Part shown: positions 20,201 through 27,334 of the stretch, piece by piece
How positions within the stretch are numbered: the stretch's first letter is position 1
How the letters are laid out: each line of letters starts with the position of its first letter
IMG/VR virus record: IMGVR_UViG_3300031813_000006
Coordinates: 32,001-96,000 of that record
DNA: 64,000 nt
DNA from: a virus
Taxonomy: Duplodnaviria > Caudoviricetes
Direction: 5' to 3' (one strand)
Notes under the pieces: model-generated
Told to the model about the DNA's origin: nothing
The model's database searches: none
What the model saw: the letters and a program-made list of their open reading frames with translations, nothing else
Position numbers and translations under genes: made by a program

Positions 20201-21721
20201 TTTCATAGCTCCGTTATATAAGCTATCTATTGAAACATCAGGACCAAATATTTTCTTACCTTTTTGCTCATATGATTTTACTTCAAGGGCATATTTATTA
20301 GTTAAGAATTTAACAATGTCTTCATAAGGTGGAATAAGATCCGGTTCTTCTTTAGTCCCGTTAAACTTATTGTTGATCCTTAAACTTATCTTATCATTTT
20401 TATAAGTAAAGTGAAAGGTTCCTGGTGAATTTTGATAAACACTATTAAGATATTCAAACTTTTCTAAATCAGATACAGGTACTAACTCACCATCAACTTC
20501 TTTATAAAGATCTTTTGTAGTAAGTAATGTAGCAATTTTATGAGCCAATTCTTGGCTAACTTCTTTTGGTCTTAAATGTATTGAACTATCTACACCTTTG
20601 ATTTTGAAAGAAGCCTGACTTTTAAATCCTTTACCCGCTCCTTTTTCAATAACTAAACTAAAAGGATCTTCAGGTTTAAACTTAATCTTACTAAGATTAG
20701 TCATAGTAGATTCAGATGATTTAAGATAACCTAGTGTACCACCTGTAATTACATTCCTAACTTGTTTTGTAGGGTTTTCTAAAATAAAGTTCTTGATTTT
20801 ATCTATAGATTCTATTTGCTTTCTACGTAATTCAGTAGCTTCAGCTGTTCCAATAGATTCACCTCTCTTATGAGATTCTCTGATAATTGCTTCAACAGAA
20901 CCAAAATGAGAAGGGTTATCACTGTTTCTAAAAAAGTAATGCATTAACTTACCTTGATTTGGAGATACAATTTCTCCTTTATCATTAAAGTATAGGAAGT
21001 TACCTCCCTTATCTGTCAAAACCATTTGAACCTTTTCACGCATGATTGGATGGCGTTGATTCTCTGGTATAGAATCTAAATGTACCGCAGTAAGATATAC
21101 ACCACCTTTTTGAACTCCTGGAATCTCTACAAAAGTGGAATCTTGATGTACAGGTAATGATTTCATCATATTGACAATCATCTTCTTTACATCATAATAT
21201 ATTTTTACTAAAGGATTAGGAATATTAGTTTCCATGTCCACGGCTTCCTGACCTATATCAGTAAAAGGATATACTGGTACCGCTACATCAATATCTCTAT
21301 TTAAATGAGGATAGTTTATAGCATCAGCCATTGCAAGAGTACCATCATTAATGGCATCTTTTAAATCTTCTTGCTCTTCTATTAAATTGTCTTTAGATTC
21401 TCCACTAAGTTGGTTTAATACATTAGTAGCTTTTTCAAAAGTATTACGCAACTTAACAATTGATTCATAATGAGGTGCTACATAATCTTGAAGATCTTTT
21501 ATTTTAGCTTGAACATCCAAAATTGCTTGTGGAATAGAACTAACATAAGATGATATTACTACCGGATCATTAAGTTTTGGGTTTTGAGAAAAATCATTCT
21601 TCAATGTAGATATGATAGTATCAATATTAAAAGGAACCTTTTTTTCAAGGTTCTCTTCTAACAATGCTTTAATATATTTTACAAGATTAATGTATTCTTT
21701 ACTACCGTTAGCACATGTCAT
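11273..21721 (-). CDS. Virion-encapsidated single-subunit DNA-dependent RNA polymerase (crAss-like, phi14:2 gp66 type)
   Basis: 3482 aa; VGVRIPVQG followed by GSDFDVDK (DxDxD at 14903-14917); zincin HEAWH at 19571-19585; position within the cargo cluster. Confidence 0.9.
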   Translation of the reverse strand: MTCANGSKEYINLVKYIKALLEENLEKKVPFNIDTIISTLKNDFSQNPKLNDPVVISSYVSSIPQAILDVQAKIKDLQDYVAPHYESIVKLRNTFEKATNVLNQLSGESKDNLIEEQEDLKDAINDGTLAMADAINYPHLNRDIDVAVPVYPFTDIGQEAVDMETNIPNPLVKIYYDVKKMIVNMMKSLPVHQDSTFVEIPGVQKGGVYLTAVHLDSIPENQRHPIMREKVQMVLTDKGGNFLYFNDKGEIVSPNQGKLMHYFFRNSDNPSHFGSVEAIIRESHKRGESIGTAEATELRRKQIESIDKIKNFILENPTKQVRNVITGGTLGYLKSSESTMTNLSKIKFKPEDPFSLVIEKGAGKGFKSQASFKIKGVDSSIHLRPKEVSQELAHKIATLLTTKDLYKEVDGELVPVSDLEKFEYLNSVYQNSPGTFHFTYKNDKISLRINNKFNGTKEEPDLIPPYEDIVKFLTNKYALEVKSYEQKGKKIFGPDVSIDSLYNGAMKYNNDGTVSKWVSPAVKIDAVSYLHSSEFKDISFTKVNGKDVMVEKPMPYSKSNADGNLVGFLADNTFINYEPNANGELIPLNAHFEFSPVLTDMESGVPELNVDTELDPETPEVPKAIDGPDQDLLDALSAAGFNKLASTKNLDAKATPEQLENAKKWYESSPLRHHFTLNILFNAVNTHEPNGVANWVGNAINLYKGSDYSDIYHEAWHGFTQMFLTREEKTKLYKEVSKQTGTFRSYRGRVVKFSEATTMELEEYLAEDFRNYMLSSNVKKSAPVRNSLFRKISNFLKQVFTGVSIKDALADAKSINNVRDLYENLRIGDLKKYTFSEANSNFDVLNKGVEALDDANPTPSLKYEDSSLLVDTVDSLFSHYIDWKNSGVQGGYKDYLRLLKLQQQERIVKPTIIDGETVKPLNAEEREELRLLKNMSIGRTKNTTSVISDPKKRTEAYKFVQAMLNYYNVKYTKQYHKETNVLEKLSIQRKLDTLKWAIENFGDVNKPGGTIDGKGVMNYHMKMSKYMAFSDKYFADLEADQAETPDSLGSKAGNEQSLTSMASDETLYLIRSLHAINLEGHTISNRIGVSKLVDFVTIWNKLTKILEGSRSPEEMEQKLLKENENGEFPIVTQLLSKLGPANSITEPAFTMWNKFFEDFNKSRMPLVQLNINMLDTGTPTARIHAEPGFSSRESKMIGRNWSNNFAKLPESKYIKKNSSNVNTLDIKTLLNDFPTHINNSYEFYNALGMYMDNNKKLREEVEAFGSNFIKAKLQKILDGKYTVKSLEDIFEKTYKSADGKDEKNEIKTWNELQQIQSRYGEQGASFAATNAAGKQQFEHTLNSTLTHLVNDINSVNTYQELVSLPHMLNYKFIKNPFIKDSIWLNSIFDFDNGGKKREVNTDEGRAKVKVLLENLAGMQLLEDGEGSKEGVTSSDADQFSKFLAEFHSGVLRGTIENSKHADKSTAVTQKLSHIFSIGSTSGRYYIDYDRFIATPEAAYSNMHALLLKYVNSELVRINRMKVAEKTKNDDYNVTDYMKRGQEFVIFDKVLSKDTKDKLYALDIPLTNYLATKTSESIALKTAITSELTKYFDNQTKLNLDIMSKSEFYADNLITELRRNAREELKDKFSKLDKEDILKRIMKGYTVNSWIHHMESIIMVYGDPAQYVIEKEEFNKRNAGVMATGLYHRIDETALKYANETLGRPFASKQNEKNKGVAGFVPNLIKQFSHLLTSAVINDVESKSANYKEYAEGIYQDELKKLQADPTYNNSSEKDKETFRKTAKSRVDDIMKKNYYAMEEANAQAHMSFDTYRTLLKLRSEWSEKQEQLFQDIINDKPVSALEVSEFFPVQKYQYWGPLDNGDQALGVNAMHKMAVMPLIPNLIKGTVLEQMHNKMMREGVDYTVFKSGSKMATLTDKGRTDNFYEQGTHSTTRQADFSTTSNPFVHNNVFLKYFKNQVYTAPKYKGTTIFSTQLRKLIEEGLMENGIPTDFKPKKFKDHNTRLQEWNKLSDKEKANQSDNWKLIQSYESNLSRLTEFKKQQLLEEAGGENADPKELIAFLKKELDRQDLGEHEKDFIEYNEEARELVNDLSLSMNADKLERLLTAIVNKKIIRQKVTGENLIQVSGVGFESMQHMQDKLKNATDVEKEKYSPTNDLLSYRLSADGRTVLAAQVKVSMQGNFKILLNHPDVYVLSKEKGIERLDALNELIKNEQWLDKEDNRKMITMVGVRIPVQGLNAMEFMQIHHFLPESSGNIIIPPAEIVAKSGSDFDVDKMTTLMPNLYRIENKVKIYKAGEKIASKSEVLNTIRDIRIKLNASREWHDEVSKSIKKAGVKDLEPDQRALFDKLKKDYKEESTKLNTEIAYLQNEFAAITRGEYDNDIVGRFKDNKRSYEYAKKIEDGFIEAINKQAKLDSDFKQNRKEYLKVFKSELFDLENEAYDKEMEPIQADLEDAVARLNGNDGKAYENALIDDMTNILSLKSNFGSLVRPNAVDLVRPFSEKMKSLNEPGMTKEKPSGTSIFEIGYNLAKHTANNVGKQILGILAVANTYHTLFKRIGMYMNPTFTQAGRKTSVTRHQRLLLNHNFLTLANGQKAISLSHTYDAKFQNKISDIINQLINGSVDVAKGAWIFDLHAEKEVLPTLNYMIEAGIPFEEAVLFVSQPLIREYVMEMKQGKSTFSTPLGKDPGNPNWFRVAARQYLLDKTNVLSKETLTDTKENFNKLMYDKIEENLQKYYDEPSNNAFTPETLQKNIEKYSALEDKSRYVASQDEIANFLHFLEIEDMSKVITEIKTKTNFDTKKSASIFDSISRDHLLAQLMTNDRVNRDLIESIITESPIASFKIGEYMKKLWQPFFKLRNSDIMNNYKLKLLGTKGFSKIVDDTFGDTEKFMSEFSNDFVSYIFQNEIRGVNLNAVTDYKGVKVENVALLKTGSFIKDGVLYIDKNALHQEFVANSAKTLEEVKFLYDKTRKLALCEPGTFSTEREFNAFALERAYLTSTLTPEKVATDPNFLKAINDVLKDSGAKKQANETQEEFDAKVKRIAFQFYIRDKALDNSFNAYKMFNGENSFADRFMEIKKLYPEFIKDYYIFQVMAQNMVKGSNHLYLTDSLLDATKINTLHENISELSNLTPDMMPDPGARELITDLFKMLPYYAFMQSGMNAKGRYALTRLIPTDGLMNMLKPVVNKYNKYLNESVLDSYYSEFVANNNYKTRMNSKFKDYMVPSSFESIVRSESLKNKGTIEDINESTSTTFVVKPTKDPLINTYHFDTINYSQVGIPLILEDPNNANRIFVYNTVAEGMPLSQVVNTDGDVRSAKTSNRIGIATKKAFPEGTKIEAVRDNEGKLVKNAKGTNVIKANYTGSEVMKNTLTDETYEQNIKAIDASIELLKKFKERGKIITFNSNGYGQGLIGRNPVTGEKIANSTEVGRQTFLYLSKQLLDNFNFRNKNYETLAEGTEELQKRQPVSDKDVLDFMIKFCGVL

Positions 21722-21736
21722 AGTGATATGTTTTAA

Positions 21737-24700
21737 TTACTTACAATTATCTTCTGGATCTACATCATTAAATATATCCATTTTGTTCTTTGGTTTCTCT
21801 GAATTAAGGATAGCATCTGTTACTGCAGGATCTTCTTGACTAGTCTTTTGAGCATTGGCATTACTTTGGTCAACAAGGTCTTGTTCCTCTTTTAACATCT
21901 CTAAATATTCAGGAGCTTCATAAGCTGAAAGGTACGCAATATCTTTTAAAGTTACAGTCTTTATTGAAACTTTATCTCTAGAATTATTGGGGTCTTTCAC
22001 TGATTGAACTATAATTTTATCACCTGTTACAGATACTACAAAAAACTTTTTATCACCTGTTGTTTTTAGATTTAAAGTAACAATTTTACCAGTAGTTAAA
22101 TTCTCTAAAGTAGGTGTAGATTTTAATCTATTTTGAGTTTCAGTAGCTAATTTAACAAGCATGTCATATTCTATTGAACCATTAAGTAAACCTGAAGTAT
22201 CAGAAGTTCTTAAATTTTCAAGTTCTTTCTCCATCAATTCTATATACTCTACAATATCATTTACCGCGTCAAACTTTTCTTGAAGAGATTTAGAAGGTAT
22301 TAACTTATTCATAATCAAGTTCTTAGTCTCAGATTCTTTAGCCAATACCTCATCTACATAATTATCAAAGAAAGTAATATCATCTATCTTATTTGCATCA
22401 TCAATAGCATCAAGTTCTTGATTTTTGAATTCTCTGTATTTACTAGGATCATCAAATTTTTCATTCATCAATAAGTTTTGATTTTTAGAAACCAATACTT
22501 TATCAACGTTATTCATGTATTTAGTAGAACCTATTAAAACAATATGACCTTGTTGTTTTAGTTCATTAAACTTAGCCATGATTTTATTTAATTCTTCTGG
22601 CGTAGGTCTTTGTTCTAATAATTCAGCATCTGTTTTATATTGATTATCAGGATGTTGTCTTAAAACTTCAATGATAATTTTATCACCATCTGTAACATTC
22701 TTCTGATCTAAAGCAAAGGTTGACTTACCGGTCCCTCCACTAGCATAGACTAATTTACCATGATAGTCTTCATGAACTTCTGCATGTACTTTATTTTCAG
22801 CAAATTGCAAAAATAACTTAGTAGTATCTTCTGTCCATTTTCCATTTGTTACTTTTAAAGCTTTTAAAGCTCTTACCACTTTACTATGAGCTATCATCAT
22901 AGTAGTAGATGATGCTAAATCAGCATCTCTAAAAGCATCTTCCATTCTTGCTGAATACTCATCAAAACTCTCTCCTCCAGGGACTTTTTGATCATGGTTT
23001 TTAATCCAATAAGCTTCATCAAAAGAACCATCAGTTTTTCCATCAAATTCACCAATATTCCAAGTAGCAAGATTAGGGTTTACTTGAGTTTCAACACCTG
23101 CATAATCAGCAGCTATCTTTGCAGTTTGAGTTGCACGTTGTACAGGAGAATGTTCTATTAAAGTTTTACCTGTACTTTGAGCATATACCCCTATTTTCTT
23201 AGCTTCATCTACACCCTCAGAAGTAAGATCAGTTGGTTTCTGACCATTCTCTAAACCTTGCGCGGTAGCTGTATCTATAGCATGAGGTACAACTGCAGTA
23301 TCTTTTACAAAGATGGCATCTACTTTATGGGCCCCTAAATCTTTCTCTTGTGTAATAAGTTTATTACCTTGTCCCAAACCATCTAAGTTAGCATCTGGAG
23401 CAACATATCCTTTAATAGTTGCTTCTGCCATAGAAGATTTCATAAAGACATTTACAAAACTTAGTAATTTAGAAATCTGTTCAGAATTTAAACCTGTTAA
23501 ATCTATTCTTAAATCTTCTGCTACAGAAGAATTCCAATTCCTAAAATCATTAATTAATGTGGTTTGTAATCCTTGTGGTAAAGAATCAAACGTAGCAGTA
23601 GTAATAACTAATGCATTTTTAGGTTTTACACCTGGAGGTAATGCAGAGTTTAATAAAGTAATAGCCTCATCTAATACTTTTGGATCTGCTGTACCTAATG
23701 TTCTACCAATCAAATCTCTAACAGCTTCTGCAAAAGGTTCCCAAAGGTTTTCTTTCTTAAGACCTTCCTGAATTTCATGACTATTTAAAATATTTTCAAG
23801 AAGTTCATCAGGATCTGTTTTAAAAATATCTGCAATTTTTGAAATCTCTTCTTTAAACTCAACATCTTCATAAAAAGATTCCTGAACAATTCTACTTAAA
23901 ATCTCATGCAGAATAACTACTTCAAGTGGTTGATTACCACCTTTATAATCTGAGGAACTATATCTAGCATCAATTACAGTTTGAAAAGTTCTCTCTGGAA
24001 ATGCTATTCCAGAACTTGGTTTTAATTCTACAGTTTCCCCTGCTTTACCACTCTCTTTAAAAAGAATTGAACTATTTGGACTTGTCAGAGTTAACAAACG
24101 TTGTGCTAATTGTTTTTCAGCAGGAGTAGAATGAATGCTAGTTATAATTTTCTTTAATACCTCTTGTGTAGGTAAGCTCTTATTATTTGTAAATTCAAAT
24201 TGTTTTTGAATTTGTTCATAAGTTCTTAAATCAGTACTTGTTTTTTTTCTAGTGGTTACTATTTGTGAATCAGGTAACTGAACAGGAGTAGGAGTAGAGA
24301 ATGGTTTAGGTTTTACACTAGGTAAACTGTTTCTTCTGATATCTAACAAGTCTAAGATCTTCTTCATTTTATTTGAAGTAGCTTCTACAGGTTTAAAAGT
24401 AGTACTGTCTAAAAAGTTAATAGGTTCTGTCTGTTCATTAATAAGCGCATCTGTATCTTCAGGACTAAGATATACACCTATGTTTCTTAACCCATTAATA
24501 AAGTCATTATTTACAGGTCTTTCTAAGAATTGCTTAAGAGCTTCTTTTTGTTTATCTTCTATAGTTTTTTGAGCTTCCTCTATACCGTTTTTTAGATTAT
24601 CAAAATGATGTTCTACAAAACCAGGGTCAGTAAGAATGTTAATTGCTTTAGCTGCAACACCATTATCTTTTTTCAAAGCATAATAGTCCTTTAATCCTAC

Positions 24701-27334
24701 AAATGATTTTGCAACGGTATCATTAAGAACTGTTTCTCCATGATGTTTACCAAGTAATTCTACATAAGCTTTATAATGCTTAAATAAGTCATTGGTGGAT
24801 TCTGTAAGGATTGGATCTTCATGACGTACTCCCGCGGTATTTTCTTTTGGAGCAGTTATTGAATGTAATATAGAACTGTAAGCTTTAATGGCCCCATTCA
24901 TATTTTTAATAGCTTCTAATTTCTCTTCTGCTTTTTTAAGATTCTGTTTACTTTCTGAGTCAGTTCCTAATTTAAAAGTTTTGATTTCTTCTGTCAAAGT
25001 CTTCATCTCTCTTTTAAGATCATCTTCATGAAACAAAAGTTTAAAGTCATTGAAGTTTGCTTTAGAAATAGGTTTGTTATTTGCTAAATTATCTGCTACA
25101 CTCTTCATTCTTGATAAAGTATTATCAAAATCATGTGATGCAAATGTTCCTAATTTTTTAGCAAAATCTAACGCGTGATATTCAGGAGTTCCAAATTTAA
25201 AATGGTTTTGAAAATTTTCATCAAAATAGTCATACCTCTTTTTTAAATCATCTATCTTATCCTCATACTTATCTAAGTTCTTTCTTAGTTGCTTTTGTTC
25301 TTCAGGAGTTGCATTAGGCATTTCCATAGCATCTGCTAAAGATTTATCATCCATTTGCTTCAAAGCTTTTAAATGATCTCTTAAGATATCTTCTCTACCT
25401 GATTGTAAAGTAGTATAGATATTATGAAACATGGCATCTTGTTGGTTGTCCCTTGAAGATTTAGGATCATTATCTATTTTATACTTATCATCATATATCT
25501 TAGCTTCTCTTTGAGCCATGAAGTTTCTATCAATTGCCCTGGCCACTAAGAAAGGTCTTTTAGAAATCTCATTCCTAGAATTTACTAAATCATCTGCAAA
25601 AATCTCTTGTTGCTTTTTATAAAGAGTTGTTTCAAAAGCTCTACGTGCAGCAAGATCTTTATAAGTATTTTTAGTAAAGAAAGCTTTAGTAGCATCTTGC
25701 AATACCCCTGTTTTGGCAGGAAGCGTATTGAAGATCAAATGTTGAGGACCTTGAATTGCGGTACCCATAAAGAATCCAGAAGCAAACGTTTCTAGACCTT
25801 GAGAACTTAATTGAGAATCTACACCTTTAGATATTGATGCCATCCATCCTTTATGACCTTGCACTGAAGGATCTATTTCAGGTTGTTCATAATAATCTTT
25901 AGCCGCAGTTGACATAGCATCCTGACCAATTTCTTGAAGACCTTCTGCAAAGTTAGCAGCCAAGTATTTCATACCGTGTTTGGCAATATTTACAGGACGT
26001 AAAGCATCCTTAATACCTTTCATAGAATACTTACCAACTTTCTCAGCAATATCTTCTCCTAGTTTAGCACCGGGTTTATCTATTACTCTCCATGATATTT
26101 CTGTAATTGCTTGTTTAGCACTCTTTTCTAAAGGTGTAAAACCTTTTAAAGCTGTTTCAAGTGCAAACTTATTAGTAGCATATATAAGACCTACATTACC
26201 TAAGATATCTGCTCTAGCAGCATTAACAGCTCTAGATTCTATATCTTTCATTTCTTCATCAGATTCCGGGGCCCTACCATGCTCTTCATAGAAATGATTT
26301 AATAAATCTTGTCTAGTATCATTATATGTGGTACCACCTTCTAATCTAGATTCAGAGGTTACCGCACGGATTTCTCTAGCATCTCTCCACAATGCTCCTG
26401 CACTCATCTTAGCTTTTGCAAAAGTAGTAAGAGCCTTTTCACCTTGTTCTGTCATTTTAACACCGCCCATGATATCTTTAATAGCAGCGCTACTATGTTC
26501 AAAAGGTAACATATGTTGTGCAAACTTTGAAACTCTTGATTGTCCAAATAGATCTTTAGCTTTAGAAAAGTTTTCTATTTCTGCAATAGCTTTACCACCT
26601 TCTTCAATATCTTTAGCAGATTGATTGAATCTAGATGCCATTCTTGGAAACAATTTATCAGATAACCGTCCTTCACTCAATACATCTAATGAAGCCATAC
26701 CTAATTCTTCAGCACCCATCTCAGCAATGATACCTATTGTATAACCTGTATTAAGAGCAAAATTAGTTAATTGACCTGTTACACCTCCTTTAGAAGAGGA
26801 ACCTATTTCCATTCTCCTATTCATATCTGCAGCATTTACTTTATCTGCACTTAATGAAAAAGGATCTGCTATTTCTTGAACCATGTCTTTAGCACCTAAA
26901 CTAACTAAACCTGCCCATTGAGACATTCCTCTACTGAATTCTTGCCAAGGTGTTGACTGTTCATTATACGCGGCTTCATTATCTCTAAATGGATCAAAGC
27001 CTAATTTCTTAAATAAAGGATGAGCATAAAATCTATCAAAGTCACCAGTCTTTGGTCCAGCTGAAAAAGCAAATGCACCTGATTTAGCAGATTCACTAAC
27101 ATTATGGTTTCCCATAGATAATTGAAAATTACTAATTATATCATCTGCTTCTGTATTTTTAAAGATTGGTAATGCACCAGAAGGTTGAGCAGCTTCTGTT
27201 TGAGCTTTAAACCTGTCTTGTTGATATTGTTGTAACTTATCACCTAACGGTGTTACAGGTGTTACAGGTGTAACAGGTACATTTTGTGCATCTTGTAATG
27301 GAACTGACTGAGAATCATTTGTATCTTCTGCCAT
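21737..27334 (-). CDS. Giant virion cargo protein with degenerate zincin, histidine-phosphatase-like and P-loop kinase-like domains
   Basis: 1865 aa; EGLQE motif typical of ejection proteins; HEILS; SPVQRATQTA/GEFDG/PGGES/IAH; GGTGKST. Confidence 0.7.
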   Translation of the reverse strand: MAEDTNDSQSVPLQDAQNVPVTPVTPVTPLGDKLQQYQQDRFKAQTEAAQPSGALPIFKNTEADDIISNFQLSMGNHNVSESAKSGAFAFSAGPKTGDFDRFYAHPLFKKLGFDPFRDNEAAYNEQSTPWQEFSRGMSQWAGLVSLGAKDMVQEIADPFSLSADKVNAADMNRRMEIGSSSKGGVTGQLTNFALNTGYTIGIIAEMGAEELGMASLDVLSEGRLSDKLFPRMASRFNQSAKDIEEGGKAIAEIENFSKAKDLFGQSRVSKFAQHMLPFEHSSAAIKDIMGGVKMTEQGEKALTTFAKAKMSAGALWRDAREIRAVTSESRLEGGTTYNDTRQDLLNHFYEEHGRAPESDEEMKDIESRAVNAARADILGNVGLIYATNKFALETALKGFTPLEKSAKQAITEISWRVIDKPGAKLGEDIAEKVGKYSMKGIKDALRPVNIAKHGMKYLAANFAEGLQEIGQDAMSTAAKDYYEQPEIDPSVQGHKGWMASISKGVDSQLSSQGLETFASGFFMGTAIQGPQHLIFNTLPAKTGVLQDATKAFFTKNTYKDLAARRAFETTLYKKQQEIFADDLVNSRNEISKRPFLVARAIDRNFMAQREAKIYDDKYKIDNDPKSSRDNQQDAMFHNIYTTLQSGREDILRDHLKALKQMDDKSLADAMEMPNATPEEQKQLRKNLDKYEDKIDDLKKRYDYFDENFQNHFKFGTPEYHALDFAKKLGTFASHDFDNTLSRMKSVADNLANNKPISKANFNDFKLLFHEDDLKREMKTLTEEIKTFKLGTDSESKQNLKKAEEKLEAIKNMNGAIKAYSSILHSITAPKENTAGVRHEDPILTESTNDLFKHYKAYVELLGKHHGETVLNDTVAKSFVGLKDYYALKKDNGVAAKAINILTDPGFVEHHFDNLKNGIEEAQKTIEDKQKEALKQFLERPVNNDFINGLRNIGVYLSPEDTDALINEQTEPINFLDSTTFKPVEATSNKMKKILDLLDIRRNSLPSVKPKPFSTPTPVQLPDSQIVTTRKKTSTDLRTYEQIQKQFEFTNNKSLPTQEVLKKIITSIHSTPAEKQLAQRLLTLTSPNSSILFKESGKAGETVELKPSSGIAFPERTFQTVIDARYSSSDYKGGNQPLEVVILHEILSRIVQESFYEDVEFKEEISKIADIFKTDPDELLENILNSHEIQEGLKKENLWEPFAEAVRDLIGRTLGTADPKVLDEAITLLNSALPPGVKPKNALVITTATFDSLPQGLQTTLINDFRNWNSSVAEDLRIDLTGLNSEQISKLLSFVNVFMKSSMAEATIKGYVAPDANLDGLGQGNKLITQEKDLGAHKVDAIFVKDTAVVPHAIDTATAQGLENGQKPTDLTSEGVDEAKKIGVYAQSTGKTLIEHSPVQRATQTAKIAADYAGVETQVNPNLATWNIGEFDGKTDGSFDEAYWIKNHDQKVPGGESFDEYSARMEDAFRDADLASSTTMMIAHSKVVRALKALKVTNGKWTEDTTKLFLQFAENKVHAEVHEDYHGKLVYASGGTGKSTFALDQKNVTDGDKIIIEVLRQHPDNQYKTDAELLEQRPTPEELNKIMAKFNELKQQGHIVLIGSTKYMNNVDKVLVSKNQNLLMNEKFDDPSKYREFKNQELDAIDDANKIDDITFFDNYVDEVLAKESETKNLIMNKLIPSKSLQEKFDAVNDIVEYIELMEKELENLRTSDTSGLLNGSIEYDMLVKLATETQNRLKSTPTLENLTTGKIVTLNLKTTGDKKFFVVSVTGDKIIVQSVKDPNNSRDKVSIKTVTLKDIAYLSAYEAPEYLEMLKEEQDLVDQSNANAQKTSQEDPAVTDAILNSEKPKNKMDIFNDVDPEDNCK
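27249..27279. repeat. 9-bp tandem repeat encoding PVTPVTPVTP
   Basis: GGTGTTACA x2 followed by GGTGTAACA. Confidence 0.7.

Noticed and set aside
3397-26870. Pentapeptide DPFSL in three proteins (DUF932-like C-terminus, RNAP, 1865 aa cargo)
   Set aside because: The contexts differ and there is no positional logic, so chance cannot be excluded.
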